A stretch of 64,000 nt of DNA from Lama guanicoe (GCA_013239625.1 MU053758.1:1178001-1242000); one strand, 5' to 3'. Shown: positions 51,101 to 64,000, numbered from the stretch's first letter. A program made the numbers and translations. The notes: generated by a model from the sequence alone, not told the origin.

Positions 51101-54100
51101 CACTCTGAGAGTGAAACTTCCCCACCTCGACTTGCCAGGCCTCAGTGACGACCGAGAGACCCAAGAAGGGGAAGCGGACCAGCCGCATGTGGTGCACTCA
51201 GAGCTTTGCCAAGGACGACACCATCGGACGGGTGAGGTGGGGTGTGGGCCCTAAGATGCTGGGGGGAGGCTCTGAAGAAGCCCCTTCAACCTCTCCCCTT
51301 CGTCTACAGGTGGGTCGTCTCCATGGCTCTGTTCCCAACCTATCTCGCTACTTGGAGTCCCGGGACCCCTCTGGCCCCCGCGGGCTGCCAACCCCAGACT
51401 ATGCCCACCTGCAGCGCAGTTTCTGGGCCCTGGCCCAGAAGGGTGAGTGCGTGCTGGAGGGGTGGCCGGGAGCAGATGGGGAGAAGGAGAGGGAGAGGGA
51501 GGGAGTCTGACAGCTGGCCCCTGCCCCAACAGTGCACAGCTCCCTCAGCAGCGTCCTGGCTGCTCTCACCGCTGAACGGGACCGACTGAAGGACCTGCAC
51601 CAGGGTTCAGAGTTGTCCAGGATGGGGGTGAGGCTGGGGACAGGATGGCCGATGGGAGGAGAGGGCCCAAAGCCAAGAACTGCAGGCCTGGAGGTGGGAG
51701 CAGACCTGGGCCGGGAAGGGGGTTGGCAGAGACAGGCCAGGGAGGGCTTCACCTCCCAGCACCTGTCCCCTCACTGTCTCCCTGCAGGTCTCTGAGGCCC
51801 CAGGTGGCCCAAAGCGCCTCCACTCACTGTCCGTCTCCTCCGACACCACTGCAGACTCCTTCAGCTCCCTCAACCCCGAGGAGGTGGGAGCCAGGGTGGG
51901 CTGTGGGCATCATTCCTCTGGGCCTTTTTTCTCAGCAGGAGTGAAAGCATGGTTGGTTTTCAGACCCAAAACTCCAACCCCTTTCCCAAAACATGGGCAG
52001 CAGCCGCATCTGTGATTCCTTAACTGCACGTAGAGTGCTTTTGCTTTTAAGTCAGAGTCCCGTGAGGCAGCGATTCTAACCCTCAAGTTTACAGACAGGG
52101 AAACTGAGATTCAAAGAATCTAATTGATGGGCCCAGGCTCCCCTACAGCATGGGTTTGAATTTGGCTCCACTGCAGGCTTGCTCTGTGACCCTGAGCCTC
52201 ATTGTCCTAAATCTGCAAAATGGGGGCAGGAATCATACCTACTTCACAGGATGAGTGTGGGGACTGACTGAGCTGGTATGCTCACAGGGCTTGGAGGGGC
52301 TCAGTGTCAGTGCCCAGGAAGCATGAGTGGTGATTATGGAACCCATGTCTCCTTACTCCCAGGCTGGTGATCACTCCCCTAGGCCTGAGTAGCCCACCAC
52401 ACTCGTTCTCCTCTGCATCTTCTCCCGCTCTGCAGGTTCAGACTAGACAATTAAAGTCCCCAGTCAGGCTTCCCTCTCAAGGGAACTGCCAGTTCAGGGG
52501 AGCCCAGCCTGTCACTCTGGCCGGGCCTCGGGCCTGACCCCTGTCTCGCTCCCACAGCAAGAAGCTCTGTACATGAAGGGGCGAGAGCTGACCCCTCAGC
52601 TGTCCCAGAGCAGTGTCCTGTCCCTTGCTGATTCCCACACAGAGTTCTTTGATGCCTGTGAGGTTCTCCTGTCTGCCAGCTCTTCTGAGAATGAGGTGAG
52701 GGAAGAGGGACCCTGGGAATAGAGGAGTAGGGTTCAGGGAGACTAGAATCTATAGATTCCCAAGTCCTTTCCAAGCACCTCAGCCGCTGTCTCTGCATGT
52801 CCAAACATGCTGGGTTTGTGCAGCCGTGCTCAGAAACCTGCTGGGGACCCTTCTTCCAGTTTGATGTGCTCTGTCTCCATTGGATCCTCCTGAAACTTCT
52901 TCCTCAGCTCCACCCCCAGTCATCTCCCTGTGACCCCATTTTAGCTGCAGTGCTCTCTCAGTAATCCCCAACTTCCCTTCCCTTCCTTTTGTGTGCTGTC
53001 AAGTCCCTGAGCTGTCTTGCACCAGTTGTGAGGCCAGGCCCTCTCCCAAGGTGGCAGGGCACGTCATGATGCTAGGCCTCCCAGGGCAGTGCCTTAGGGC
53101 TCAGCCCACTCCCAGTACATTCTCTTCCCCTTCCCACCAAAGGGCTAGCTGGGCAGATTCTTGCCAGGCTCTGGGCACTGCCCAGTCTGCCTGGCCTATC
53201 ATCTGTCCTGGCACAGGGCTCGGAGGAGGAGGAGTCGTGCACCAGTGAAGTCACCACCAGCCTGTCTGAGGAGGTGCTGGACCTCAGGGGAGCCGAGCGC
53301 TGTCAGAAAGGTGCCAGCCAGGCGGGCAGGAGGGAGGGCTAGAGGTGGGCACAGAAACAGAGTTTGTCCACAGTCCAGGCCCCTTGAGAAGCAGTCCCTT
53401 GTAGTGCTGGTGGGCTAATGGCTTTGGATACTGACTCCAGGGGTGACTCCGGGCTGCGAGGAAGGCTAAGCCGTGAGCTATGTCGCAGGGGTGGCTCTGG
53501 GGTGGGACAGGCTCAGCTGAGGGCTGGCCTCCCCTCCAGTCTCCTGAGAAGGCTCCCATGTGGGCCTGACAGAAACACAGAAGGGCCCACTCAGCCACTT
53601 TTTAGCAGCGTGGCTTTAGACGTGTCATTTTGCTTCTTGGAGCCTATTTCCTTGTCTATAAAATGGGCCGAGTAATCCTGACATTGGTTTCTGTTTATGA
53701 AAGGGAGCAGAAGCCAAGGGTGGGGGCTCAGGAAGGGCTTCTGGGGTGCAGGGTTTCTGTTTCCAGCAGTGGGAACTGCCCTGTCAGGTTCTTAGCCCTG
53801 CTGCCCACCTAAATCCCCAGGAGCTCACCAAGAATTAGCTCTGCAGCCGCCTGCCCCACAGTGAGTCCATGCTGGGGCCTGGGAGTGACCATACCCAGGA
53901 GCACCTCAGGAGCTCTGGAGGTGCCTGGATGCCGGTGCCCAGCGGAAAGTGACAGGCAGGGCAACACCCTGGGGCTGTGTTCCAGGGGGAGCTGTGGGGC
54001 CTCCCCGCCGCCGATGTCTGCCGGCGGCCAGTGGGCCCGGGGCCGACGTGAGCCTGTGGAACATCCTGCGGAACAACATCGGCAAGGACCTGTCGAAGGT

Positions 54101-57100
54101 ATCGATGCCTGTGCAGCTCAATGAGCCACTCAACACCCTGCAGCGGCTCTGCGAGGAACTGGAGTACAGCAGCCTCCTGGACCAGGCCAGCCGCACCACC
54201 GACCCCTGCGAGCGCATGGTACGCCCGCCGCCCCAGCCCAGCCCCAGGCTGCCTCGTCCTCCCAGGATCCCGTCTCCCAGAACACCCTGGTGGGCCCTTC
54301 CCTGCTGCTGAAGGTTCACCCCAGCCCCCCAGCCCTTGCTGGTGGTGGGGTGGCATCTCCTCTGATCCCCCGGCGCCCCTCGTCCCCAGGTGTACATTGC
54401 AGCCTTTGCTGTCTCCGCCTACTCCTCCACCTACCACCGGGCGGGCTGCAAGCCCTTCAACCCTGTCCTGGGGGAGACCTATGAGTGCGAGCGGCCTGAC
54501 CGAGGCTTCCGCTTCATCAGTGAGCAGGTATGGGCCCGGAAGAGGCTGGGGGCGGGGGTGGAGGAGGGAAGAGGTAGCCAGGTGGCCAAGAGCAGGAAAC
54601 ACAGGGCCTCCATGGAGGGAGCAGCTGGCAGTCGGGTAGTTGGGGGAAGGGGCTCCCCGCTTAGTGTGAAACAAGGAGTTACTGCACCATGTTCTAGAGC
54701 TGGGATCATGGAAGCTCATAGGATGTTATTCAGCTCTAGTGGGTGATCCTGAGCTAAGTCTTGAAGGATGAATTGGAGTTTGCTAGTTGCCCAAGGGGGT
54801 GGGGAGAATGGGATGTTGCAGACAATGTAAAGGAACAAATGGAGCATATTTAGGAAGAGTTAGAGACAAGGCTGGAAGATAAGGCAGAGCCAAACCCTGA
54901 GGAGCCCTGTAGGTGAAGGTTAGAAAGGGTTGGTTGGTTGGTTGGTTTTTAAGTTCTGAAGGCAATGGGGAGCCATGGGAGGGTTTTAAGTGGTAGAGTG
55001 ACATGCTTAGGATTGAACTTGATAAGAACATTCAAGCAGTGGTGTGCACCAGGGAATGGGAGGAGGCAGGAAGATAGGCCGTGGGATCCCCAAGTTCAAG
55101 GTTCTATATGGGGACTTGTTCCAAGGAGGACAAGGCTGAGTTTTTCTAAGGGTGTGTTGTGGAGGTTGCGAGTTGATAATCAACTTTGGGGGAGAAGATG
55201 ATGAAGGAAGAGGATCCCCACAGGAGGGCTGGCTTTCAGGCAGGGCACAGGTAGAGGTCCCACCTGTCACTGCTAGGGGACTTTGTAGGCTTGGGCAGGG
55301 TCTCTGGAGGGCACTGTACACAAGGTTGGCAAGGAGGGCCCAGAGGGGAGTGAGTGAGAAGGAAGAATGTAGGGGCCTCAGGGGAAAGGAGAGGATGATG
55401 GAATTTGGATGGTGGCCAAGGGTGAAAGGGACAAGAGACCTGGAACTAACTGGTCTTCTGGTCCACAGGGAAACTGGGGGAGGGGTGAGGGCCTTGGGGG
55501 GGTCTGGGGTCAGGTGCATCCTGAAGAGAACTTCCTTACTCATCAAGGTCTCCCACCACCCCCCCATCTCGGCGTGCCATGCAGAGTCTGAGAACTTCAT
55601 CTTCTGGCAAGGTGAGGGGGGCTGGGTGTGAAGGGAAGATGGGGGAGGGGCTGGAACACTTTCTGGTCTTATCTCTGCTGTTCATCTCCCTCCCCCAACC
55701 CAACTCCAGACATGAAGTGGAAGAACAAGTTCTGGGGCAAATCCCTGGAGATTGTGCCTGTGGGGACAGTCAACGTGAGCCTGCCCAGGTGAGTGTTCCT
55801 GAATGCTCCGCAGCCAGGCCCAGGCCACAGGCCATCCTCCAGGCTGGGACCAGGAGGTGGCAGGGACTGGAGAGAGGCCTGAAGCTGCTTAGGGTGGGGC
55901 AGGTTCTGTACATTTTACACCTATGTTCACAGCAGTTGCCAATAAAGAAAGGTGAAAAATCTTCCAGCTGGAAGGGCTTGTGAAGGTCATCTGACCGAGT
56001 AGTTTTCACACTTTCTGACCGTGACTCACAGTAAGGAATGCATTTGAGACTTCAAGCCAGTGCACAGTAACTCATAGACACACACGCACACACACACATG
56101 TACACAGAAACCTAAAGTGATTTCAGGACTGCTCACAAACCACATTTGAAACACGCTCATCTAACTCATTTTACTGGGGGCACTGCAGCCAGAGGCCGGT
56201 GCAGGGGTTGGGGAGGCCCTGGACTTCGGGGTCAGAAGTCCTCGGTAGGAGTCTCAGTTCTAGCACTGAATAGTTACGCAAGCAGCAAGAAGACTTGACA
56301 TCTCAGAGCCTCGAGTCCACTTGTCTATAAAATAAGAGTAATAAGTAATGCCTGACAGAAGTGCGGAGTAAACAGAGTGATATATGTGAACAGACCGACC
56401 ATGGTCCCTGGCACCCAAGGCCAGGGACCCAGTCTACGGTTTTACCCCCATGACTTAGGCACTCAAGGGCTTTCTCAACAAATGGAGATGTGTCGGCTGA
56501 ATACTTTCTGTGAAGGCTGCTCTGCTTTATAAATATGTCATTCTTCATGGAAGGACGATGAGCTGGAACCAGGGCCCCAGGTTTCCTTCTGCAGACCCAT
56601 GTGTGTGAACTGCTCCAATGAGACAGGTGCTCCCTGGCTCAGGGTGGCGCATAGTTCCCCAGGGCTGGCCAGCTGCCCTCCCCAACGCTCTGTCTCTCTC
56701 AGGTTTGGGGACCACTTTGAGTGGAACAAGGTGACGTCCTGCATTCACAACATCCTGAGTGGCCAGCGCTGGATTGAGCACTACGGGGAGGTGCTCATCC
56801 GGAACACACAGGACAGCTCCTGCCACTGCAAGATCACCTTCTGCAAGGTGGGCACACCACCCTGCCCCTGCCTGTCTGTCCCCAGCAGCTCGCCCCAGGC
56901 AAGGGGAGGGGACACCTCCCCCAGCCCCCTGCCCCCCCCCCCCCCCCCCGCCCACAGGGTGCTGTGTTGAGCCGAAGTGGCCGCGTCCTCCACCGACTCT
57001 TCGGGAAGTGGCATGAGGGGCTGTACCGAGGGCCCCCGCCGGGTGGGCAGTGCATCTGGAAACCCAGTAAGTGGGGCAGCCGGGGTGGACTGGGCGGGGT

Positions 57101-57886
57101 AAGGGCTGCTGTGGCACAGTCCACCTGCCCCAGCCCCCTGCCTTCCCCCCAGACTCAATGCCCCCAAACCATGAGCGAAACTTCGGCTTCACTCAGTTTG
57201 CCTTGGAGCTGAATGAGCTGACGGCTGAGCTGAAACGGTCTCTGCCTTCCACTGACACGCGGCTCCGGCCAGACCAGAGGTCAGTGCCAGGCAGTTGCTG
57301 CTCTAGAACCCGGAGCTCCTCCCTCCTCTGTGGGTTCCACACAGACCTGGGACTGTGTCCTTCCTTCCTTGAGTCTCCACAGGGGGAGATGGGGCCTGTT
57401 TGGGGCAGAACTGGGCAGGACAGAGGCCTTGAATGTGGGGGCTCTTGAGGGTAGAGGCAGTTCTGCTGACTGCAGCCTGGATGCTCAGGTACCTGGAGGA
57501 GGGGAACATACAGGCTGCCGAGGCCCAGAAGAGAAGGATCGAGCAGCTTCAGCGAGATAGGCGCAAAGTGATGGAAGAGAACAACATTGTCCACCATGCT
57601 CGCTTCTTCAGGTGCCTCTGCCCTCTGCCCTGGGTCTCTCTGCGACCCAGGCTCCCCTCCTCTTCCCTGTAGCCCCTTCCTGCTTTGAGTGGGGCCAGCA
57701 GTGGGAGGCAGCATCTGGGGACAGCGGCCTTATTTCTGGATGTTCACCTCTTGTCTTCCCTTTCCCCGTCCCCCCAGGCGGCAGACAGACAGCAGCGGGA
57801 AGGAGTGGTGGGTGACCAACAACACGTACTGGCGGCTGCGGGCTGAGCCAGGCTATGGGAACCTGGATGGGGCTGTGCTCTGGTAG
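48103..57886 (+). CDS. OSBPL7: Oxysterol-binding protein-related protein 7 (ORP7): PH domain, FFAT motif, ORD; about 825-835 aa as it stands
   Basis: Exons 48103-48177, 48278-48403, 48572-48625, 49237-49350, 49699-49809, 49905-50022, 50683-50786, 51139-51231, 51310-51442, 51533-51627, 51788-51883, 52558-52695, 53217-53310, (53956 or 53986)-54218, 54390-54527, 55548-55611, 55710-55788, 56703-56847, 56958-57066, 57153-57279, 57489-57611, 57778-57886. PH domain ([21 protein letters not shown]); [11 protein letters not shown] at 52642-52662; OSBP fingerprint EQ|VSHHPP. Two exon 5' ends are anomalous (see findings). Confidence 0.95.
54700..55030 (-). mobile_element. LINE-2 fragment in an OSBPL7 intron
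   Basis: GAGCTAAGTCTTGAAGGATGAATTGGAGTTTGC...GGCAATGGGGAGCCATGGGAGGGTTTTAAG. Confidence 0.6.
56932..56949. repeat. Poly-C (18 nt) in the polypyrimidine tract before OSBPL7 exon 20
   Basis: Homopolymer run. Confidence 0.95.
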
Positions 57887-58782
57887 CCCTGGCCCAGGGG
57901 GCAGGAGGCCCCAGTTCCTCCCTCCTGCCTCCACCCCCCGCCACGGACACTTGGGCGAGGCCAGGCTCTCCCACTCACTGCCCTGGAGACCAAAGGGGCA
58001 GCCCTGGCTCTGGCCCTCTCCCCTCTGCTGGCCAGAGGGGCTGCATCTCAGCCCACTGTCCACCCCTGGTCTAGGGTGAGAAGCGGGATTCGTGCTTCCC
58101 CAGTCTCGTTGCCCCAGACAACCGGCATGTAAGACCCTCCTTGCTTTGTCATCCCCCGTCTTTCCCCCTTGGGGTACTTGGGGGAGACTCCAGACCCTCC
58201 AGGATCTGTTCCCCATTTCAGTGCCTTCCTAGGACACAGGGGATCCCTTGATACTCCCCAGGCTTCCTGTGCCCAGGACTCTGGCCCCAGCATTGAGGTT
58301 AGAGTGACTGAAGGAGAGGGGACGGCCTTTTCTTCCAGCCCCATCCCTCCCATTCCCCATCTCCAGCATCTTCTCCCCACACCCTGGGCCAGGGGGCTCC
58401 CTTTGCTTGGCCCTGGCAATTTCTCTCATCCTCCTGGATCCCCTTCTCCCAAACTGCAAAATGCCTGCAGCTTCCAGCTCCTTTATCCTTGGACCTCAAG
58501 TGGTTTCCTTCAGTCTCAGCTCGGCGGATCCCCTCAGAGCAGACTGGGCAGGAAGGGCGCCTGGCCTCAGACCCACCGGGAGTGAGTGAGGACCCGTGAG
58601 AGTGTCAGTTTGTGTCGGAGAGCGTGTGTGCGTGTGCGTGCGCGTGTCTGTGTACTGCTTGCAGGCGAGCAGGATTCCTCTTGTAGCCTGGACGTCCCCG
58701 CTGCCGGGTGTCCGCCCCCGTTGCTGCTCATTTTCTCAGTCTGCCTCTGATTAAGGTGAATGGCTATGACATTCCAAGCTCC

Positions 58783-58788
58783 AATAAA
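58783..58788 (+). terminator. OSBPL7: OSBPL7 polyadenylation signal
   Basis: AATAAA about 900 nt after the stop codon. Confidence 0.75.
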
Positions 58789-60699
58789 GACTGTCCCAAA
58801 CTTTGGCCTGCGACCATTCATTTCAAAACACGTGTTCAAGTGAAATGAAGGCTCATGGCCCCCTACTCACCCAGGCTAAAACCTAATGTCACCTCTCCCT
58901 TAATCCTCACATCCTGTTGATTCTACCTCGGTGTCTCTCAGCTCTGGCGCCTTCTCTCAGTTGCACCTGACTTAGGATGGGCCCTTGTCAACTTTCGCCT
59001 GGACAACTGCAGTATCCTCAGAGCCTCAGGCACTTCCATTCTTAACACTGCCTTTCAGGGGGATATTTTAAAAGACAAATATGGCACCCCGTGCCTGCTT
59101 CAAATACATCCATTGCTTCTCAGTGCCTAAAGGGAAAACCCAAACTCTTCAACCAGGCAGAATATTGTGTAGTTCCTGTCCCCCTCCAGCACAGAAGCTG
59201 GCTCCATGCTCAACATCCTCGTTTAGGTCTGCGCTCACTTCCTCACCCCACTCAGTGACTGTTCAAGGAAAGGCGGAGGTGGGGAGGGACTAGAAGAGAT
59301 GGGAGAACAAGGCAAGCTGCAGGTTCTCCCCTCCCCAACCACCTGGGCTGAGTTCAGATCCCAGCTCTGTTATTCCAAAGCTGTGTGATCTTGGCCAAGT
59401 GTCTTACCTTTCCCTTCAGAGACTCCATTCCCTCACTTGGCTCCTTCTGTGTCTCAGAGGGGGATGTAAGAGTAGTGAGCCAGGCTCCTGATCCTATTAG
59501 TTGTCTCCTAACCCCTCACACCACCCCACTGTGACCACAGGCCTTGGTCTGGTTTGATGGATGTCCCAGGAGGAGGTCATGCTTTCTCAGGAAGGTGGCA
59601 AGAGCAGAGGGGTCCGCTGAGCTACGGCAGCTCTCTAATTCTAGTTTTTTTCTTCTTCCTCTCCTCCAGTGCCCCCACACCCTCACTCCAGGGCCGGGTG
59701 TGGTCCACATTTCCACAATTTATTTACAGGGAGCTCTAAAAGGAACACATTTGTCCTGACACCATGCACCAGAAATAACCTCAACCCATTCCAAAGAAAG
59801 CCAAAGCCTGCACGCATTCAGGATCTTTTTAAAACGAGGTGCACTGTCTTCCTCCCCCACCCTTTCCACTCAGAGCCGCACAGAGCCTGATTGACCAGAC
59901 GATGTTCAACCTCTGCATATTTTAAGAACTAGAGTTTCAAGTAGACCAAATTCCAAAGTTATTTTTCTAATGGAGACAGGAGACTGGCAGCTCCTCTATC
60001 CACAGGAACCAAATCATCTGTGGCTTTGGCCGTCTGGATCAGCGTCCTCTCCCCTCTGGGTGCCAACCCAATGGCAGGAAGATGGTTAGGATGGTCAGGT
60101 TGGTTTGCTCTCGCTGGGGCCCTCCCTGCTAGAGGACTGCTGTCACCTCAGAAAGCCTCCCCACCCAGCCAGGGTTTGGTGGGGCGCTCAGGCCAGGCTG
60201 ACTCCAGGCTGGGCTCTGTGGACAGAGTGAAGGGATAAGAAGCAGCTGTAGGTGTAGAGGGTGGCGGCCACCTCCTCAAGTGCTCAAGTCTGGTCTGAGA
60301 AGGAACAGTGGGCCCCCTTGTCAAGCCCATCTCAGTCTAGTCTGAGGACGCACAGGGGGACTGCTGACCACAGGGCCTTGGAGCAGCCCTGCCTAGGTGC
60401 AGACCACTGGCCTTGTTTGGAGGATATGGTGGGCCTGGGCAGATGGGAGGATGTGGGCTCAACAGCCCACATCTTGACTCAGCTTGGGAAAGATGGGAGG
60501 TGGGACACACCAGTTTGCGAAGCCAGGGACCTGCTCCCCTGGACGTGGGAAGAAGGTCAGAGCTTGAACAGCAGGGGAAAACCTGGGCCCGGTAATGGTG
60601 ACAGGAGCTTCACCTCACCTACTGTGGTCCCGCCAACCCCAAGCAGCTCCACTTACAGAGAGATTCAAATTATATTTTTAAAGTTCATTATTGGATAGG

Positions 60700-61480
60700 T
60701 GATGGGGATGCCCGGGTAGCTAGGGGCAAAAAAGCTGGAAATACTTAACGACCCCCCCCAGTTCCCTGAATCTTCTGAATAAATAGTGGTTTGGGGGTAT
60801 GTTTGTAGTAAACCCCAGAGCGAGGAAAGGGTCGAATCAGCGGAGGAGGTTGGTGTCAGAAGTAAACACCATCAGACATTAATTGAAGTGATGAAAACAG
60901 ATTTAGTTCTGTGACTACTGACCGGAGAGGAAAGAGCTGAGCTCTGTTCAATCCATGCAGAGGAGCCTGGGTGTCTAAGGGGAGAATGAAGGAGTAGGAA
61001 GGACTGCGGGAACTCAGGCAGGGTCAAAGAAGAAAAAATGACAAATTACAAGAGGTCATGCAGTGTCAATGTCGTTAGGCCAGGGCGCCTGCCAGCGGCG
61101 GTCATCTTAGGGTTCTGTCCTCTGGGAGAGACTGGAGACAGGGTGCTACCCCTCCTGATGACTACATTTCCAGGAATGACTTTCATGTCCTTGAGAAAAA
61201 CACTCCTATTGGAGGTGGAGGAGGGACGGAGGACAGAGTCACAATTGTAAGCCCTTTTGAGTAAATGCTCTAAGAAAGGGAAGTTAGGGGCCTAGGGTCA
61301 GGTGTGGGCTGGAACAAGCAGCAAATTCTCCTGGCAGCACTGAGCTTTCTCAGGCAGGCATTCAAGAGGGGTGGGGGTCGTCCTAGGGACATGGCCTTAT
61401 GCTGCAGGAAGCTGTGCTAGAGTTCAAGGTCTCCTAGTGCAGGGGTTTGGGCAGAGTCATTATGTGCTCACCTGAAGTTC
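60700..61480. mobile_element. Probable old ERV/LTR remnant(s) (MER21/MER77-like)
   Basis: TTGGTGTCAGAAGT terminus-like motif followed by LTR-like sequence; family assignment from memory only. Confidence 0.4.
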
Positions 61481-64000
61481 TCATGGGACACTTCCCAGCC
61501 CCTCCTGGAGGTCAGGGTGTGGATCTGAGTTCCCAAAGCTGGAGTCGGTGTTCAGGGCAGAAGGAGTCAGATGAACTAGCACCCACCTCCCTGCTCCTCC
61601 GATGGCATGCAGCTCAGGTGGGTGTGTGGATGTGGTGGGGGTGGCAGGGGGGTGGAGGTTTCCCACCACTTCTGCTGCAGGAAGAAAGCAGTGGGGGGGG
61701 TACCTGAAGTATCTGACCAATGCCTGCTCAGGATGCAAAGGTCCTGATGTCCAACTTCAAGTCCACTGGTTTCGGTCTGTCCCCTAGAACTTTCCTCTCC
61801 TAGGTTGTACTGTTGTGGTCCCAGTTCTCCACAGGCACCTTAAAGAATTCTCAGGGGACCCCTTTGGTCTGGATCATTTGCTTAATGATGCCGCCTTCCT
61901 GGAAAGGACCCACTAAACAAGTGACTTCCCTTTTAAAGACCCTCTGGTTCCAGCAAGGGCAGAAAAGGATGTGGGGCTTAGCGCTCTCCCCCGGGGCCCA
62001 TCTCTGTGCCCCTTAGGTGGCCAGAGAGGGTAGCAGAGACTTCAGGGGGACCCTCACAGGCTGGCCTGGGCTGAGTCTTGTTCACCCAATGACCTATTCC
62101 TGGTATAGACTCTTAACCAGGCACCTGGCCTAAAGAGTTCATAGATTGATCCACCCTGGTTCTTATCCCACCCTCATCCTCTCCTCGCCTGCCCCCTAAA
62201 AGCCCATGCAGAGAGGAGTCGCTGACAGCGCTTGAGATCCCCGACACACCAGAGTCAGCTCCAGGGCAAGGTGCCCCCAGGGGCTGCAGGAACTTGACCT
62301 TGGGAGTAGGGGTTCTAAAGTAACACCTATGTCTCATTAACATGTCATCATGTAGTTCAAAATCCTCAGGTTCCTGGAAGATGCTTCCAGGCCCTAATAT
62401 ATTTGGAGGAGGTAAGTCCAAACTGTTGGCACTATGAGCCATGATGCCAGGACCCTAGGGATGCTGGGCCTTGCTGGTTCCTAACATGAGAGGTATCTAA
62501 AAATGATGGGTGGGATGGACTATGGGGAGGGTGTGGGTGGAAGAAGAAATTGGAAGGGTCTGGACAGGAGCTGGAGAGAAAGAGAATGGGGATGAGTTGG
62601 CTTCAGAGTCAGTATATCCAGGATGGAGGTGGTGAGATTCTTTAAGTATCCTCAAGAGGGAGCCTGGGTCTCTTGAAAGGATCAACTCAGGCCCATCCTG
62701 AGCCCATGTGGCTGGTGGCTGCACCCACCATATCTGCTCAGAGTGTCAGGCCCCCAGGAATCTGCTGTGGCTGGGGCCCAGCTCGGCAATGATAAATGAC
62801 AGCACAGACACCATTTGTCAGCAGTGCACTCAACCACTGACCACCTTCATCTTCAGAGAACACTCACTGGGGCAGGAAACACCCCTTTCTGAGAGACCCA
62901 GGGGTCTCCACTCTCCCAGAAACCGCCCAGGTGGCCTGGGGGGGGGTGGCCAGGCCTCCTTTGCTGGTGCCCAGGTAACAGTACCCTCCAGGGGCTGTTT
63001 CAAGACACCCCCCCACCCCAACTTCATGAGAGAACTTTCCGCTAAGTTTCCACTATCACCTCTCTCGCTTCTGTAGTCTCCAGACCCATCACACATGGGA
63101 AGGAAACTCAAAATTAGTCTGGTACCCTAACTTTGAAATTCCAAAGAGAAAGGCAGGTAGAGCGTATGGTAGCTAGAGAGCCATCCTTAAGTCCAGGCAA
63201 ACGATGCCCCTGCCAGGGCCCTCAGATCTGAAAAGGTCTGGTTCTGGCTTTTCTCTGACAGCACCCCTCCCACAGGGCTGGGATCTGTGGAGTGGAGGGA
63301 ATGTGGTATCTGACCCATCACAGACAACATCCCGGGTACTTAGGGCCCTGGAATTCCTGAACAATTGGCTTCTAGATCACAGTGCAGGTACCTTTCCCAG
63401 GCACACCCTGTTGAGGTTTGACTGTGCCTGCCTGTGCAGGCATCCCCTCCCAAGCCATGACAGACATGTGGAGGTTAGCAGCTGGCCTTGGGCCAGGTCT
63501 CCCTACACTGATGAGGAACTCAGAGGAGTTTGAAAATTCTAAATTCAAACCTGACCTTTCAGGTCATAATAAAGTTTTATTTTGTCAAGTCTGGAAGATA
63601 GAACATATTTGTCAGCTTGGTTTATAACCTTTAAGTATTTACCATGTGATATATGAGCCTGTGTTTGTACTTCTATCACCCAGGATAGAATGCTAGGGGT
63701 GGGCCTGGGAAGATTTCTTGTGTTGTGCGTCTCAAGGATGTATGCATGTGGTGGGGGCATCCACTGTGCCCTCCTGAGAGGGGTGAGACTAGGGGTGAGA
63801 AAGAAGCTAGGTCAGTGCCAGTTTAGCAGAGATGTCTTGGCTGCTGAGAGAAGCCATCTCACCTAGGACCCCTGGACAGAACCAGAAAGGAAGTGGGGAG
63901 GGTGGGTCCCATTAGCCCTCCCTCCCTTCTCCACCACTTAGCAAGATACTCCAGGCCCAGGGCAGCCTCTCTTCTCAAGCCAGGCCATCAGAGGCCAGCA

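Noticed and set aside
53835..54719. 294-aa ORF antisense to OSBPL7
   Set aside because: Shadow of GC-rich exons and introns; no domain recognised.
56899..56957. cgccccag| as the OSBPL7 exon-20 acceptor
   Set aside because: Would give a 51-nt intron and add 59 nt out of frame, reading through poly-C.

Overview
Mammalian genomic DNA, probably camelid judging by its tRNA-derived SINE family. The window holds the conserved SP6-SCRN2-LRRC46-MRPL10-OSBPL7 block (syntenic to human 17q21.32, reversed here). Bases 1-16 kb are non-coding, with old repeats and several enhancer-like motif clusters. I reconstructed all five genes exon by exon with consistent splice phases: SP6 376 aa, SCRN2 425 aa, LRRC46 323 aa (minus strand), MRPL10 262 aa, and OSBPL7/ORP7. 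I see no new multi-gene system. The most notable anomalies are two apparent lesions in OSBPL7: a missing AG at the expected exon-15 acceptor and a clean 36-nt in-frame deletion in the sterol-binding domain. Restoring both gives exactly 842 aa, the human ORP7 length as I recall it. Other points of interest are first-exon ATGs that give a spliced uORF (SP6) or in-frame N-terminal extensions (SCRN2, OSBPL7), an L1 3' transduction in MRPL10 intron 1, and a bidirectional cilia/mitochondria promoter. Orthologue comparisons and repeat family names come from memory and need alignment to confirm.
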